Source: Bdellovibrionales bacterium (lineage in GTDB: Bacteria; Bdellovibrionota; Bdellovibrionia; Bdellovibrionales; UBA1609). Taken from it: a DNA stretch of 64,000 nt. Under the pieces are notes generated by a model, which was not told the DNA's origin, searched no databases, and worked only from the letters and a program-made list of their open reading frames with translations. Each line of letters begins with the position of its first letter. The first letter of the stretch is position 1. The position numbers were made by a program, and so were the translations under genes. Positions 32,020 to 42,353 of this stretch are shown piece after piece. The stretch covers positions 288,001 to 352,000 of the forward strand of contig CBDHDF010000010.1 in assembly GCA_965261545.1 (NCBI GenBank), written 5' to 3'.

Positions 32020-34216
32020 TTTAAAAAAGCAAATAAACTCAGAAAAGCAAATAGCGGGGGGCATTCAACTCATTCCTCGTGATGATGTGGCTTGGCTGGA
32101 GTGGGACTTGCCGGGAGAAAAGGTCAATAAACTTTCTTCTTCTGTGATGGCTTGTTTTCGTCAATTATTGGAAGAACTCAAGGTCTCCAATTACAAGGCT
32201 GTGGTTCTTATTTCTCGAAAGAAAAATATTTTTGTGGCTGGGGCCGATATTGGAGAGATGCAAACGATACATACAGCCGAGGAGTATAGTCGGGTGATTG
32301 AGTCAGGGCAGGAGATTATGAACCTCCTTGAGGATCTTCCTATGCCCACGGTGGCAGCCATTGATGGGGCTTGCTTGGGAGGTGGCTGCGAACTTGTACT
32401 GGCTTGTGACTATCGGATTGTCACAGATAGTCCTTCCATGAAAATTGGCTTGCCCGAAGTGCGTTTGGGATTGATTCCAGGATGGGGTGGATGTGTTCGT
32501 TTGCCTAGGGTGGTGGGGTTACAGTCAGCTCTGGATGTGATTTTGGCTGGAAAAACTCTGCCTGGCAAAAAGGCTGTCAAGATGGGTTTGGTGGATGAGT
32601 GTGTTCCCAAGGAAATTCTTGAGCAGAGGGTTCAGCTTTTCATTGATGATATTCTTACTGGAAAGAAGGGAAAGCGATTTAAAAGGTTTTCTCCACGGAA
32701 CATCATGGATCGATTGATGGAATCTTTTTTGGGCCAGAGGTTGGTTTTTCGTGAGGTAAAGAAAACAGTTTTAAAAATGACCAAGGGTTTTTATCCTGCG
32801 CCCCTAAAAGCCCTTGAGGTGATTAAATCTACTTATAATTTACGAGGATTACAAAATCGCAAGCGTGCTTTAGAAGTGGAGAGAAAAGCCTTTTGCCAGG
32901 TGGCGGTGACAGATATTAGTGAGTATTTGATTCAACTCTTTTTTCTCACGGAGGGAGCCAAAAGGGAAACAGGTGTTTCATCAGGCAAGAAAGTGGAAAC
33001 CTCCACTGTGAATTATGTGGGGGTTCTTGGGGCTGGGGTCATGGGAGGGGGTATTGCCTACCTCGCTGCAGACAAGGGTTACTCCACTCGTATGAAGGAT
33101 ATTCAGCATGAGTCTGTGGCTCTTGGTTTGAAGTCAGCCCATGGTATTTGGTCAAAAAAGCTTCAGCGAAGAAGAATCACAAACCATGAGTTGAACCGAA
33201 AGATGTCTCTCATTTCAGGTGGTATTGATTTTTCTGGCTTTCAACAAATGGATGTGGTGATTGAGGCCGTGGTTGAGGACATAAAGGTTAAGAAAATGGT
33301 CATTTCTGAGGCGGCCTCCCATTGTCCTGGTGATTGCATTATGGCCACCAACACATCTTCTTTGAGTGTGACTGAGTTGGCAAAAGCTCACCCTCACCCA
33401 GAAAATTTTTTAGGTATGCACTTTTTTAACCCCGTGGATAAGATGCCTTTGGTGGAAGTCATTCGTGGGGTGGAAACCTGCGATCAAGCCACGGCGACTA
33501 TTGTACATCTGTCTAAAAAAATGGGCAAGACTCCTGTGGTGGTCAAAGATAGTCCTGGCTTTTTGGTCAATCGTCTTTTGCTGCCCTGGTTGTTGGAGGG
33601 TATGTTTCTTTTAGAAGAGGGAATGTCCATTGAGGTGGTAGACAAATTTTTATCTGAGGATTTTGGAATGCCCATGGGGCCCTTTCAACTGTTGGATATC
33701 GTTGGCCTTGATACGTCCATGAAGGCTCTTAAGGTTTTTAAGTCCTCTATGGGGGAGCGCATGGAGGAACCCAAGTTTGGAGAGGTCCTCATTCAATCGG
33801 GGAGATTGGGAAAAAAGGGTTCTAAGGGTTTTTATTTATATGATGGCAAAGGCAAGGAAGCGAGTGTTGATCCATCCATTTATTCAGATCTTCAACTTGA
33901 CTCTCCTGCGGACCCAATGACCTGTGAGGAGTGCATTCAGCGTTGTAATTTTCAAATGATTAATGAGGCAGCAAGGGCCCTCTATGAAGATGAAGTTGTT
34001 GCAAAGCCAGAGGATGTGGACCTCGCTACTATTATGGGCTTGGGTTTTCCTCCCTTTCGAGGGGGCTTGTTGAAATATGCCGATTCTTTGGGGTCTCAAA
34101 AAGTGGTGGAAGGCTTGGAAGAGTATGCCTCTCGTTGGGGTCAGAGGTTTCAACCTTGCCAGAGCCTTATAGATATGGCAGGCAAGGGCAGTGGCTTTTA
34201 TCGCTCTGGCTCTTAG
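31988..34216 (+). CDS. fadJ: Fatty-acid oxidation complex alpha subunit (enoyl-CoA hydratase / 3-hydroxyacyl-CoA dehydrogenase)
   Basis: FVAGADI, CLGGG.E, GLPEV.LG, GAGVMGGG, TNTSSL, MHFFNP, PMGPF; start uncertain. Confidence 0.88.
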   Translation: MEPSSSNKQADLKKQINSEKQIAGGIQLIPRDDVAWLEWDLPGEKVNKLSSSVMACFRQLLEELKVSNYKAVVLISRKKNIFVAGADIGEMQTIHTAEEYSRVIESGQEIMNLLEDLPMPTVAAIDGACLGGGCELVLACDYRIVTDSPSMKIGLPEVRLGLIPGWGGCVRLPRVVGLQSALDVILAGKTLPGKKAVKMGLVDECVPKEILEQRVQLFIDDILTGKKGKRFKRFSPRNIMDRLMESFLGQRLVFREVKKTVLKMTKGFYPAPLKALEVIKSTYNLRGLQNRKRALEVERKAFCQVAVTDISEYLIQLFFLTEGAKRETGVSSGKKVETSTVNYVGVLGAGVMGGGIAYLAADKGYSTRMKDIQHESVALGLKSAHGIWSKKLQRRRITNHELNRKMSLISGGIDFSGFQQMDVVIEAVVEDIKVKKMVISEAASHCPGDCIMATNTSSLSVTELAKAHPHPENFLGMHFFNPVDKMPLVEVIRGVETCDQATATIVHLSKKMGKTPVVVKDSPGFLVNRLLLPWLLEGMFLLEEGMSIEVVDKFLSEDFGMPMGPFQLLDIVGLDTSMKALKVFKSSMGERMEEPKFGEVLIQSGRLGKKGSKGFYLYDGKGKEASVDPSIYSDLQLDSPADPMTCEECIQRCNFQMINEAARALYEDEVVAKPEDVDLATIMGLGFPPFRGGLLKYADSLGSQKVVEGLEEYASRWGQRFQPCQSLIDMAGKGSGFYRSGS

Positions 34217-34235
34217 AGTTTAGCTCTTATCTTAT

Positions 34236-34334
34236 GTTTTTTTGTGCCACCACAAATTGGGGGATCAGACTGAATGCGTTATTTTGAGTCTGCTTTTTTC
34301 TACCTAACATGGTTGAATCTCCCCACACTTGAGT
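34236..34334 (-). mobile_element. Inverted remnant of the 3' region of an IS1634-type element
   Basis: Reverse complement closely matches 40204..40300, apart from scattered substitutions and small indels. Confidence 0.85.
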
Positions 34335-34602
34335 CAATGCCGTTTCCTTAAGCCAATGGCATTCGTTTTTGCAGAAGATTTTTCCACATTTTTCTGACTC
34401 CCTCTAACATACTGAGTTAAGGGGGCTTTTATCTTTTTTCTTTTTCCGAAAAAATACTTGAGTCCACCCCATCGTTGTGTCATATTATATTTGAACCATT
34501 CCCAAAGGGGAGAGACTCAAATGGACCCACGCATAGAGACATTGCCTTCAACAACTTTTTTTGGAAGACGCTTGACGCGCAAGCAAATTGCCGACATTCA
34601 AA
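34335..34602 (+). mobile_element. Left end of an IS4-like element with a truncated ORF (MDPRIETLPSTTFFGRRLTRKQIADIQ); continues at 40363..~40515
   Basis: Starts caatgccgtttccttaag, similar to the IS4 terminus TAATGCCGATCAGTTAAG; the ORF start resembles DUF4338-containing transposase N-termini (from memory). Confidence 0.5.
34469..34602. repeat. 134-bp perfect direct repeat, left copy (target duplication of IS-A)
   Basis: Identical to 40363..40496; abuts the IS-A TIR. Confidence 0.95.
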
Positions 34603-34773
34603 CCCGAGTTTGACAGCAGCAGGTGTGTTAAATGGCTAAAATTGGTCTGAGCTAAAATATATCCATAGTAGAGCGAATTTGCGGAAAAAAGTGTGGTAAA
34701 CAAAATATGAAAAAAATCATTCACATTACTGTTATCACTTGATCTTATTCATTTTTAGTAGTCACATTTCCTT

Positions 34774-35841
34774 ATGTTCATACGGAAAGTCAAAAATCAG
34801 GCTGGACAGACCTACTACCACATCGTGGAGTCCTACCGAGAGGGTAAGAAAGTTCGCAAGCGTACCTTACTTTCTTTGGGCCGTGTCGAGGATGGCAATT
34901 TAGATAGCTTACTCAATTCTGCGAAGCGTCATAAGGAGATTCTTACAGCTGCGGAATTGGCTAAAAGCGTCTCCATTGACAAGACTTTTATTTTGGGTCC
35001 CCTCCTTATTTTGGAAAAAATGTTTGAAGATTTGGGAATCAACGATGCTCTCAAGGAAATCACAGACTCTCATAAGAAAATCAAGTTTGATTTACAAAAG
35101 ATCGTATTTACCATTGTTGCTAGCCGTTTTGTTCAGCCCGGATCAAAATTAAAGATTTTTGAACATTGGCAAAATTTATTTTATCCTGATATGTTGGAAG
35201 AAGATATCCAATTACACCAATTTTATAGAGCCATAGACCTGCTTTCCCAGCATAAAGACGACATTGAGATGTCTTTATTTCATAGAGATAGGGACTTATT
35301 TAATCGACAGGTAGACATTGTTCTATATGATCTCACCACACTTCGTTTTGAAAGTACGAGAACGGATTTAGGGGATCTTCGCCAGTTTGGTTACAGTAAA
35401 GAGATGCGTTCTGACTGCACTCAGGTTATTTTTGGTCTTTTGGTTGACCGAGATGGAATCCCCTTGGGCTTTGAGGTTTATCCTGGAAATACTTTTGAGG
35501 GTCACACTATTTCTAGCATAGTTGATAAGATGAGAAAGAAGTTCTGTGTTGGGCGTTTTATTTTTGTGGCGGATCGAGGGCTTTTTTCCAAAGATAATTT
35601 GAGAACACTGAGTGATTGTAATGGGGAGTTTATTGTAGGCATGAAATTGGGTACCTTGAAAAAGGATTTCAAGGAGGATGCTTACAATATTGATAACTTT
35701 AGTTGGGTTATAAAAGACGAATTGGCCATTTATGAAAAGGAATTTGAAAAATATAGATGTATTGTCACTTGGTCTTGTCAGAGAGCTAAAAGAGATCGAA
35801 AAATTCGATCAGAAATTATTGAGAAGGTTAAAAAGAAATTA
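34774..35841 (+). pseudogene. IS1634-family transposase A, 5' part
   Basis: YDLTTLRFE, FGYSKE.R.D, YPGNTFE, VADRGL; rejoins 39644 in frame (KKKL|SSKSVK) when IS-B is removed. Confidence 0.92.
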
Positions 35842-35961
35842 CCTGAAATCCCTAAAAGTTGTAACTAGGTGTAGGACTTAAGTCCTGATTATTGTCTGAG
35901 AAGGCCTTCACTTTGATTAAGAGATTGTCATCTCTTCAAAAGCATAGTTACAATATTAACG

Positions 35962-36711
35962 ATGTCATACACTTTTGAGCAAAAAAATAAGGGAAAAACC
36001 TATGTCTATAAAGTTGAAAGCTTTTGGGACAAGGAAAAAAAGCAGGCCAGGCAAAAACGCATCTACCTTGGAAGAAAGGATGAGTTTACAGGTCAAATTA
36101 AGACCAAAAGAAAAAAGATTCCCATAGGCTCCTATAATGTGGGAGCCTTATTTTTCTTAGAGAAAATATGCGAACAACTAAATCTTCTAAAAACATTGTC
36201 TAAAATTTATCCAGATAATTACGAACATTATTTGCATTTAGCTTTTTTTAAAATAATCAAAAGAGAGCCCTTTTATCTTTACGATATGTGGTGTCAAGAA
36301 GCTTATGTTTCAAAGAAAAATTTTATGTCGTCACAAAAAATAAGCAATCTCTTATGTGATCTTGGGAGAGATCAAAAAAAGATAGAATCTTTCTTTAGCG
36401 AATGGATAAGTCAAGTGAAGGGTTCTGGTACGGTAATGTTTGACATCACATCCTTTTCTTCCTACTCTATGAATAATGAATTTTTAGAGAAAGGTTACAA
36501 CAGAGATGGAGAGAATCTCGAACAGATAAACTTAGGTCTGATAAGTAGGAAATCTGAAGACAATAAAACTCATACGCCTATAGCGTACAGAATCTATCCT
36601 GGAAGTATACCGGATGTCAAAACTTTATCGAATATTATTGAGATCATAACAAGTTATAAATTAGATTTAGATTGTTTAGTTATGGATAAGGGTTTTTCTA
36701 GTGTAGAAAAT
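35962..36711 (+). pseudogene. Transposase B, 5' part
   Basis: FDITSFSSYS, GYNRDGENLEQINL, YPGSIPDV, MDKGF; rejoins 38609 in frame (SVEN|IKGL). Confidence 0.9.
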
Positions 36712-36860
36712 GGGACTGTAAAAATAATTGTGTAACTGCAATTTTTTTCTTAAATCTTAAAGCCACTTATGTGGCTCCACTCCTGGTAAAAAGCACAGTC
36801 CCATATTATTCGTCAATGTATAATTGACATTTTTTCCTTCAAGCGATTTTGTCAGTCACA

Positions 36861-37013
36861 ATGCATTATAAGTTAATGGGGAGGTGGACATCTTCGCTGG
36901 TCTATATAATTGGCCTCTTTAGTTACTCTGGACTTTTGATTGTATTATGGAGCCGTAATGGGATCATATCAGAACTGGAAAGAACTCAAATAAATAATTA
37001 TCATCTTGGTTGA
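36861..37013 (+). CDS. Possible 50-aa membrane peptide in the IS256 cargo
   Basis: Manual translation MHYKLMGRWTSSLVYIIGLFSYSGLLIVLWSRNG...; hydrophobic core; no clear SD. Confidence 0.3.
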   Translation: MHYKLMGRWTSSLVYIIGLFSYSGLLIVLWSRNGIISELERTQINNYHLG

Positions 37014-37037
37014 AAAAAAATCAGCAATGGCTCTCTC

Positions 37038-37230
37038 AAAAAAATGGAAATTCCAATCTCATCAAAGGGTTCATGTGTTTAGGTTCCCATACTATATTAC
37101 CCCCTTTTTTTTATTTTTTTTAACTTAGGATATTCGAGAAATACCAGAATTGGGATGAAATATGAAAAAAAATGGGAACCCAAATCTGCACCAAGAGGGC
37201 ATGTATTTAGGTTCCCATACTATATTACCC
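37038..37230 (-). repeat. Two ~65-bp hairpin plus U-tract units, period 128 bp
   Basis: 25-bp identical core tttaggttcccatactatattaccc at 37078..37102 and 37206..37230. Confidence 0.8.
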
Positions 37231-37324
37231 TAACCATAGTCTCGGTATTCCAGTACTTCTGTCAACGCCTTAGAGGGGCTTTTAAGCCCCCTTATAAGGC
37301 AGGTGGTGGACCTTATTAAAAAAC

Positions 37325-38527
37325 TTAGTTGTCAAAACGGTCACCGTATTCAATGGCAAACCTGTTCATGGCTGGCTTCCAGTTGTGTAATGGTCGTGTC
37401 CATCGCTTAGAGGCCATTTTTATCGCTAAATATACAACTTTTAAAGCCGACCGATCACTGGGAAATATCTTACGATTTCTGATCGCCTTGCGGATCACGC
37501 TATTTAACGACTCTATGGCGTTTGTGGTATAAAAAATCTTTCTGATTTCATCCGGATAATCGAAAATAGTGATGAGATTGTCCCAATTCCTACGCCAAGA
37601 CTTTTCAATATTCGGATACTTTGAAGACCACTTGGTACAAAATTCCTCAAGGGCCTTTTCAGCTTCTGTCAGAGTCGTAGAGCCATAAATGGACTTGAGG
37701 TCTTGGGCGACAGCTTTCATATCCTTGGAAGGAACATAGCGAAGGGAATTGCGGACCATATGGACAATGCACAGTTGTACTTTAGACTTGGGAAAAGCCG
37801 CTGAAATGGCTTGAGGAAAACCTGTAAGACCATCTACAGAAAATATAAATACGTCTTTCAACCCTCGATTTTGCAGCTCAGTCAAAACACTCAACCAAAA
37901 CTTTGAACCCTCATTTTCAGAAATCCATAGGCCCAACAAGTCTTTCTGACCCTCCTCTGTAATACCAAGAGCTAGGTAAATCGCCTTATTAATAACTCTC
38001 TTGTCTTGATGGACCTTCACCACGATACAGTCCAAAAATACGATAGGGTAAGTGCTATCCAAGGGGCGGTTCTGCCAAGCCGTAACTTCATCAATAACAG
38101 CATCCGTCACGTTGGCTATCACTGAGTGGGATATCTCTGCACCATGGTAGAGGTCTTTGATAGCTCCTTGAATATCCCTGGTCGTCATTCCCCTCGCATA
38201 GAGGGTCAGAATACTGTCTTCAAAGCCCTCAAGACGAGTCTTGCCTTTGGGAATGACTTGGGGCTCAAAGGAGGCACTTCGGTCACGGGGGACCTGAAGC
38301 TCCACCTCGCCTTTCTCTCCCTTTATGGTCTTTCTACTGTAACCATTGCGAGTGTTGGATTTGCGGGTCTCAGACTTCTCATGCCTCTCATAACCTAGGT
38401 GATCGTCCATTTCCGCATTAAGAGCTGTCTCTAAAACAACCTTCATCAGTTGACCCGTTATGTCGGATAAATCCTTTTGGGTCTTGACGTTCTTCGCTAG
38501 TTCCTTGCCTATTGTCTTGATATCCAT
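37325..38527 (-). CDS. IS256-family transposase, intact
   Basis: RNGY, PRDR, YARGMTTRDI, FLDC, DGL.GF, QLCIVH, YTTNAIES. Confidence 0.97.
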   Translation of the reverse strand: MDIKTIGKELAKNVKTQKDLSDITGQLMKVVLETALNAEMDDHLGYERHEKSETRKSNTRNGYSRKTIKGEKGEVELQVPRDRSASFEPQVIPKGKTRLEGFEDSILTLYARGMTTRDIQGAIKDLYHGAEISHSVIANVTDAVIDEVTAWQNRPLDSTYPIVFLDCIVVKVHQDKRVINKAIYLALGITEEGQKDLLGLWISENEGSKFWLSVLTELQNRGLKDVFIFSVDGLTGFPQAISAAFPKSKVQLCIVHMVRNSLRYVPSKDMKAVAQDLKSIYGSTTLTEAEKALEEFCTKWSSKYPNIEKSWRRNWDNLITIFDYPDEIRKIFYTTNAIESLNSVIRKAIRNRKIFPSDRSALKVVYLAIKMASKRWTRPLHNWKPAMNRFAIEYGDRFDN

Positions 38528-38608
38528 TTTGCCTTCTCCTTTCAGGATGATAGTTCATCCTAATATGATTCGGCAGTTACACAAAATAGTTTACAGGCTC
38601 TAGAAAAT

Positions 38609-39415
38609 ATTAAGGGACTGCATCGTAAGGAATTGAAGTATTTGATACCCATGAGTTTTAGAACAAAACTCTCAAGAGAGCTTGCTGTGGCTTTAAATGA
38701 GAAAATAAAATCTCCATCATGCTCTTTTACTTTTAATGAGGAAATTTATTCGCATTGCAAAGAATCAATAAAAATCGGAGGATTTGATTGTACGGCTCAT
38801 ATTTTCTTAGACAAAGAAAGAAGGGTTTATGAGGAATCTGTGTTAATGAAAGAGTTGCTTGATTTTATGAAACTCTTTCTTGAGAAAGATTTGAAATCAG
38901 AAGAACAAGCTAGTTCCTATATGAAAGAAACTTTAGGAAATAAAAAAAGGTTTCTCAATATCTCTGATTGCACTCCATTTAAGATTTCTTTAAATGAAGA
39001 AAATATTAATGAAGAATCTTCTACGCTGGGTATTATGATATTAATTACAAATAGTCATGATTTAAAGAAAACAGATATATTGAGTTTATATCGAAACAAA
39101 GATATCATTGAGAAAGTATTTTTCTCATTCAAGCATGATATTAATGGAAGGAGAAGTCGAGTTCATTCTCTCATGAATATGAGAGGAAGCATCTTTATTA
39201 ATTTTCTCTCTTTAATTTTAATTTCACATATTGATACTGTTATGAAAGATAAGAAGTTATATAAAAAAATGTCTAAAATAGAAATTTACAAAATGATGGA
39301 CCGATTAAAATTTTATGAATTAGCTACAGGTGATCTGATGCTTGGAGAGCTGTCTAAAAAACAAAAGGATATTTTTTCAGCCTTCCAAATAGATGGGCTT
39401 CCCAAGACAAAATGA
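38609..39415 (+). pseudogene. Transposase B, 3' part
   Basis: ILITN, YRNKDIIEKVF; in frame with the 5' part. Confidence 0.9.
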
Positions 39416-39643
39416 TGTTTTTTATCTGTTTCAAATGTGACGGTGGCTGTGGCTACCACTATGCCTCATCTATCCAATGGAGACGAAGAGGACCTTTCGC
39501 AGCAAATTCTTATGAATCATATTAAATATATTAATACTATTAAACCTCTCAAACCGTTGACAGCAGCCAATTCCATAGGAAGAGAGGAAAGTTAACGCAA
39601 TACATTAAACCTAGTTACAACTTTTAGGGATTTCAGGAAATTA

Positions 39644-40237
39644 TCATCCAAGAGCGTCAAAATCAATACTTTTATTTCCAATAAAGGTTATAAAAAATAT
39701 GTACATATTCCTGACAGTAAAGATCAGAAACCCATACTTAATGTAAAATTCATAGATGAAGAAGAAAAAAAGGATGGCTTTTTTGCTATTGTAACTAACG
39801 TCAAAGACGTGAAATCTAGCGAAATCCTTAAGAATTATAAGGAGCTTTGGAAGATAGAAGATGCCTTTGGGGAGCTAAAAGGAACTTTGAAAACCCGTCC
39901 TATTTTTCATTGGACCGATAATAGAATTATCGGTCACCTGGTCTTGTGTTTCTTGGCTTATTTATGTGAGGCTCATTTAACAAAGAGGCTCAGAGACAAA
40001 AAGTTAGCTTTAAAAAGCCAAGCTATTGAGGATAAAGCTATAAAGCCAAGGGCCTTGACCATAGTGGAAGCTATGAAGGAATTACGGGAGGTCAAAGCTA
40101 TACCTGTTAAAATAGGTCATCGTACCGTGTGGGTACGCACAGATATTGCCGGTAATGCAGCGGCCTTATTTCGAGCCACAGGGCGGGCTATTCCTCCCAA
40201 ACTACTCAAGTGTGGGGAGATTCAACCATGTAAGTAG
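39644..40237 (+). pseudogene. Transposase A, 3' part
   Basis: DGFFAIVTN, YKELWKIEDAF, RPIFHW..RI.GH..LCFLAY. Confidence 0.92.
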
Positions 40238-40362
40238 AAAAAAGCAGGCTCAAAATAATGCATTCAGTCTTATCCTCCGATTTGTGGTGGCACAAAAAAC
40301 AACTGTGTGCGTTAAGTACTTGATACTACATGTTTGACGCAAATGCTTCTGTCAAACTCGGG

Positions 40363-40496
40363 CCATCGTTGTGTCATATTATATTTGAACCATTCCCAAA
40401 GGGGAGAGACTCAAATGGACCCACGCATAGAGACATTGCCTTCAACAACTTTTTTTGGAAGACGCTTGACGCGCAAGCAAATTGCCGACATTCAAA
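40363..40496. repeat. 134-bp perfect direct repeat, right copy
   Basis: Identical to 34469..34602. Confidence 0.95.
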
Positions 40497-40539
40497 AGAC
40501 GGTGGCGCTATTTCATCCTAATATGTGTTCGTATCGAAA

Positions 40540-41742
40540 TCAGGATAAATCATAAATCAGTTGGGATGCTATTCGTTTGCTTGCTTCAACCCCTGGCTGA
40601 TTATAGGCATCAATATCGAAACAATCGGCCAGTGTCGCCACCAACAGCTCACAAGAGAGAATAAGATCTCCCATAGAAGAAGCTTGAGGTTGAACTTTCA
40701 CTGTATGATGGAACACTCCGGCCTCTGTGAGTGACCTTTGAGTGCCATCGGCCAAACAGGCCGTCAAATCTCCCAAGCTATGACCCACAAGGGAATTCTG
40801 TTCTTTAAATAAACTCTCCTTGAGAATATCTCCTTTCTTTTCCAATTCCTCATCGCGAAAAAACCAAACAAATTTATTTCTCACTCCCTCGACAACCTCT
40901 TGCAGTAGGGAGTGCTGGTCCTCGGGCCCCATACATGTTAGCACCGAACTGACTTGGGGTGGGGGGTTGCCATGCTTGTCCTGAGCCTTGACAAGGGACT
41001 CACACCACAACTGTTGAAACCAGTGAGTGAAAAACCGAAGCCTTCGGGAATAACTCCAAAATAAATGAATCCACTCACCTCTTTGAAAACTGTCCAATGA
41101 TTGCTCTGCCCACTGAACCACAAGGTTAAGGTTTTGAAGCCTTTGAGCTGCCCCTGCCTGCAGCCCCTCAATGGGGATTCCCGAAGCCATGGCAGGTATA
41201 AGGCCCCCTGTGGTCAAAACCGAAAACCGACCACAAACACTTTGAGGCAAGGGATAGATATCCATTTGATTTTGAGCCGCCCATTGAGCTAAAGAACTAG
41301 ATAAGTCAGCCACAAGCACGCAACTATTCTCCACCAAGTTCAACTTGCGAGACTTCAAAAATTGATGGACATAATTGGCCATGGCGAGAGTCTCCATGGT
41401 TTGACCTGACTTAGAAATAAATAGCCAACCTGTGCTCTCTAGGTCACTGAGACGTTCAAGAGAGCTTTGCATCTCCCTAGGGTCGGTTGTATCAAAAAAG
41501 TGAAGTCGGCAACCACCCGATGACTCACCCAAAAACTGCCACAAAGACTTGATCCCTAGACAACTCCCCCCCATGCCGACAATACAAAGCTTTTTATATT
41601 TTTGTTGGAGTTCTCGCCCTGCCTGAACACAGAAGTCCCAGTGGGAATCATCTTCCACAAGAGAAACAAAACCCGGACGGCTGTTGATAACTCGATCAAG
41701 AGCCTCACGGGGTGATCTGATGGGCTGGGTTTGGGCGCACAC
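40540..41742 (-). CDS. pgi: Glucose-6-phosphate isomerase (short type)
   Basis: VGMGGSCLG, ISKSG.TME, GRFSVL, QQLWCES, DQHS, NQPGVE.SK. Confidence 0.9.
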   Translation of the reverse strand: MCAQTQPIRSPREALDRVINSRPGFVSLVEDDSHWDFCVQAGRELQQKYKKLCIVGMGGSCLGIKSLWQFLGESSGGCRLHFFDTTDPREMQSSLERLSDLESTGWLFISKSGQTMETLAMANYVHQFLKSRKLNLVENSCVLVADLSSSLAQWAAQNQMDIYPLPQSVCGRFSVLTTGGLIPAMASGIPIEGLQAGAAQRLQNLNLVVQWAEQSLDSFQRGEWIHLFWSYSRRLRFFTHWFQQLWCESLVKAQDKHGNPPPQVSSVLTCMGPEDQHSLLQEVVEGVRNKFVWFFRDEELEKKGDILKESLFKEQNSLVGHSLGDLTACLADGTQRSLTEAGVFHHTVKVQPQASSMGDLILSCELLVATLADCFDIDAYNQPGVEASKRIASQLIYDLS

Positions 41743-41972
41743 TTTCTAAGGATAGATAAAAATACATAGAATTCAAGGTTAAAGATTGACTATGCTATGA
41801 ATATCTTTAGAGCTATGATAGTTAAGTAACTATGACAAATAATATGGATAACTGTTCAGGGGGGCACGAACTTACAGAAAGAGGTTTATAGTTCTTTTGA
41901 TAAGGAGGGGCTATTATTTCTTGAACTCCGCCCCTTAAACGCTCATAACATGGAAGAAGGGAGAATTGCTCT

Positions 41973-42353
41973 GTGCGTTATTTAAGCTTGATTTTACTTC
42001 TTGCCCTTATGGGTTTGTCTTGGGCCACCATCCACAAACCCACTTTCACAGCGGAGTGGGTTCATTGGAGCCTCCAAAAGGAACTCAAAGATATAATAGC
42101 TCGCCAAATTAAAATCAAATATCCCCGTGTGACAAATATTAAATTCGATAAGATTTGGACAGAAAATATCCAGACCAACAAAGTCAAAGCTCTCTTTAAA
42201 TACTCCTACGAAGAAAGTTCACAGAGCCGCGTTCAAATTCAAGGCCATGCCATGTTAGAGCGACAACGACCCAACGGAAACTCTGAAAAGAAAACTCTTC
42301 CATGGACCATCACTGAAATTCATATCTCCAATGAACACATCCTCTATAGATAA
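41973..42353 (+). CDS. Hypothetical membrane-anchored or secreted protein
   Basis: Hydrophobic N-terminus, purine-rich SD, overlaps the next gene. Confidence 0.7.
   Translation: MRYLSLILLLALMGLSWATIHKPTFTAEWVHWSLQKELKDIIARQIKIKYPRVTNIKFDKIWTENIQTNKVKALFKYSYEESSQSRVQIQGHAMLERQRPNGNSEKKTLPWTITEIHISNEHILYR

Larger units (their letters stand above)
36712..38600 (-). mobile_element. IS256-family element (1889 bp) with ~580 bp of extra DNA
   Basis: Imperfect 28-bp TIRs gggactgtaaaaataattgtgtaactgc / gagcctgtaaactattttgtgtaactgc; 8-bp TSD tagaaaat (36704..36711, 38601..38608). Confidence 0.93.
35842..39637 (+). mobile_element. IS1634-type element B, interrupted by IS256
   Basis: Perfect 29-bp TIR cctgaaatccctaaaagttgtaactaggt; 6-bp TSD aaatta (35836..35841, 39638..39643). 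Confidence 0.92.
34603..40362 (+). mobile_element. IS1634-family element A, interrupted by element B
   Basis: TIRs cccgagtttgacag / ctgtcaaactcggg; DDE transposase; long direct repeats are known for IS1634/IS1549. Confidence 0.92.

Noticed and set aside
37038..37230. CRISPR mini-array or integron attC sites
   Set aside because: Only two units, 128-bp period, no cas or integron integrase, and no clear RYYYAAC/GTTRRRY ends
40512..40525. 14-bp match ttcatcctaatatg to the IS256 subterminal region (38554..38567)
   Set aside because: Too short to interpret; not a TIR or TSD
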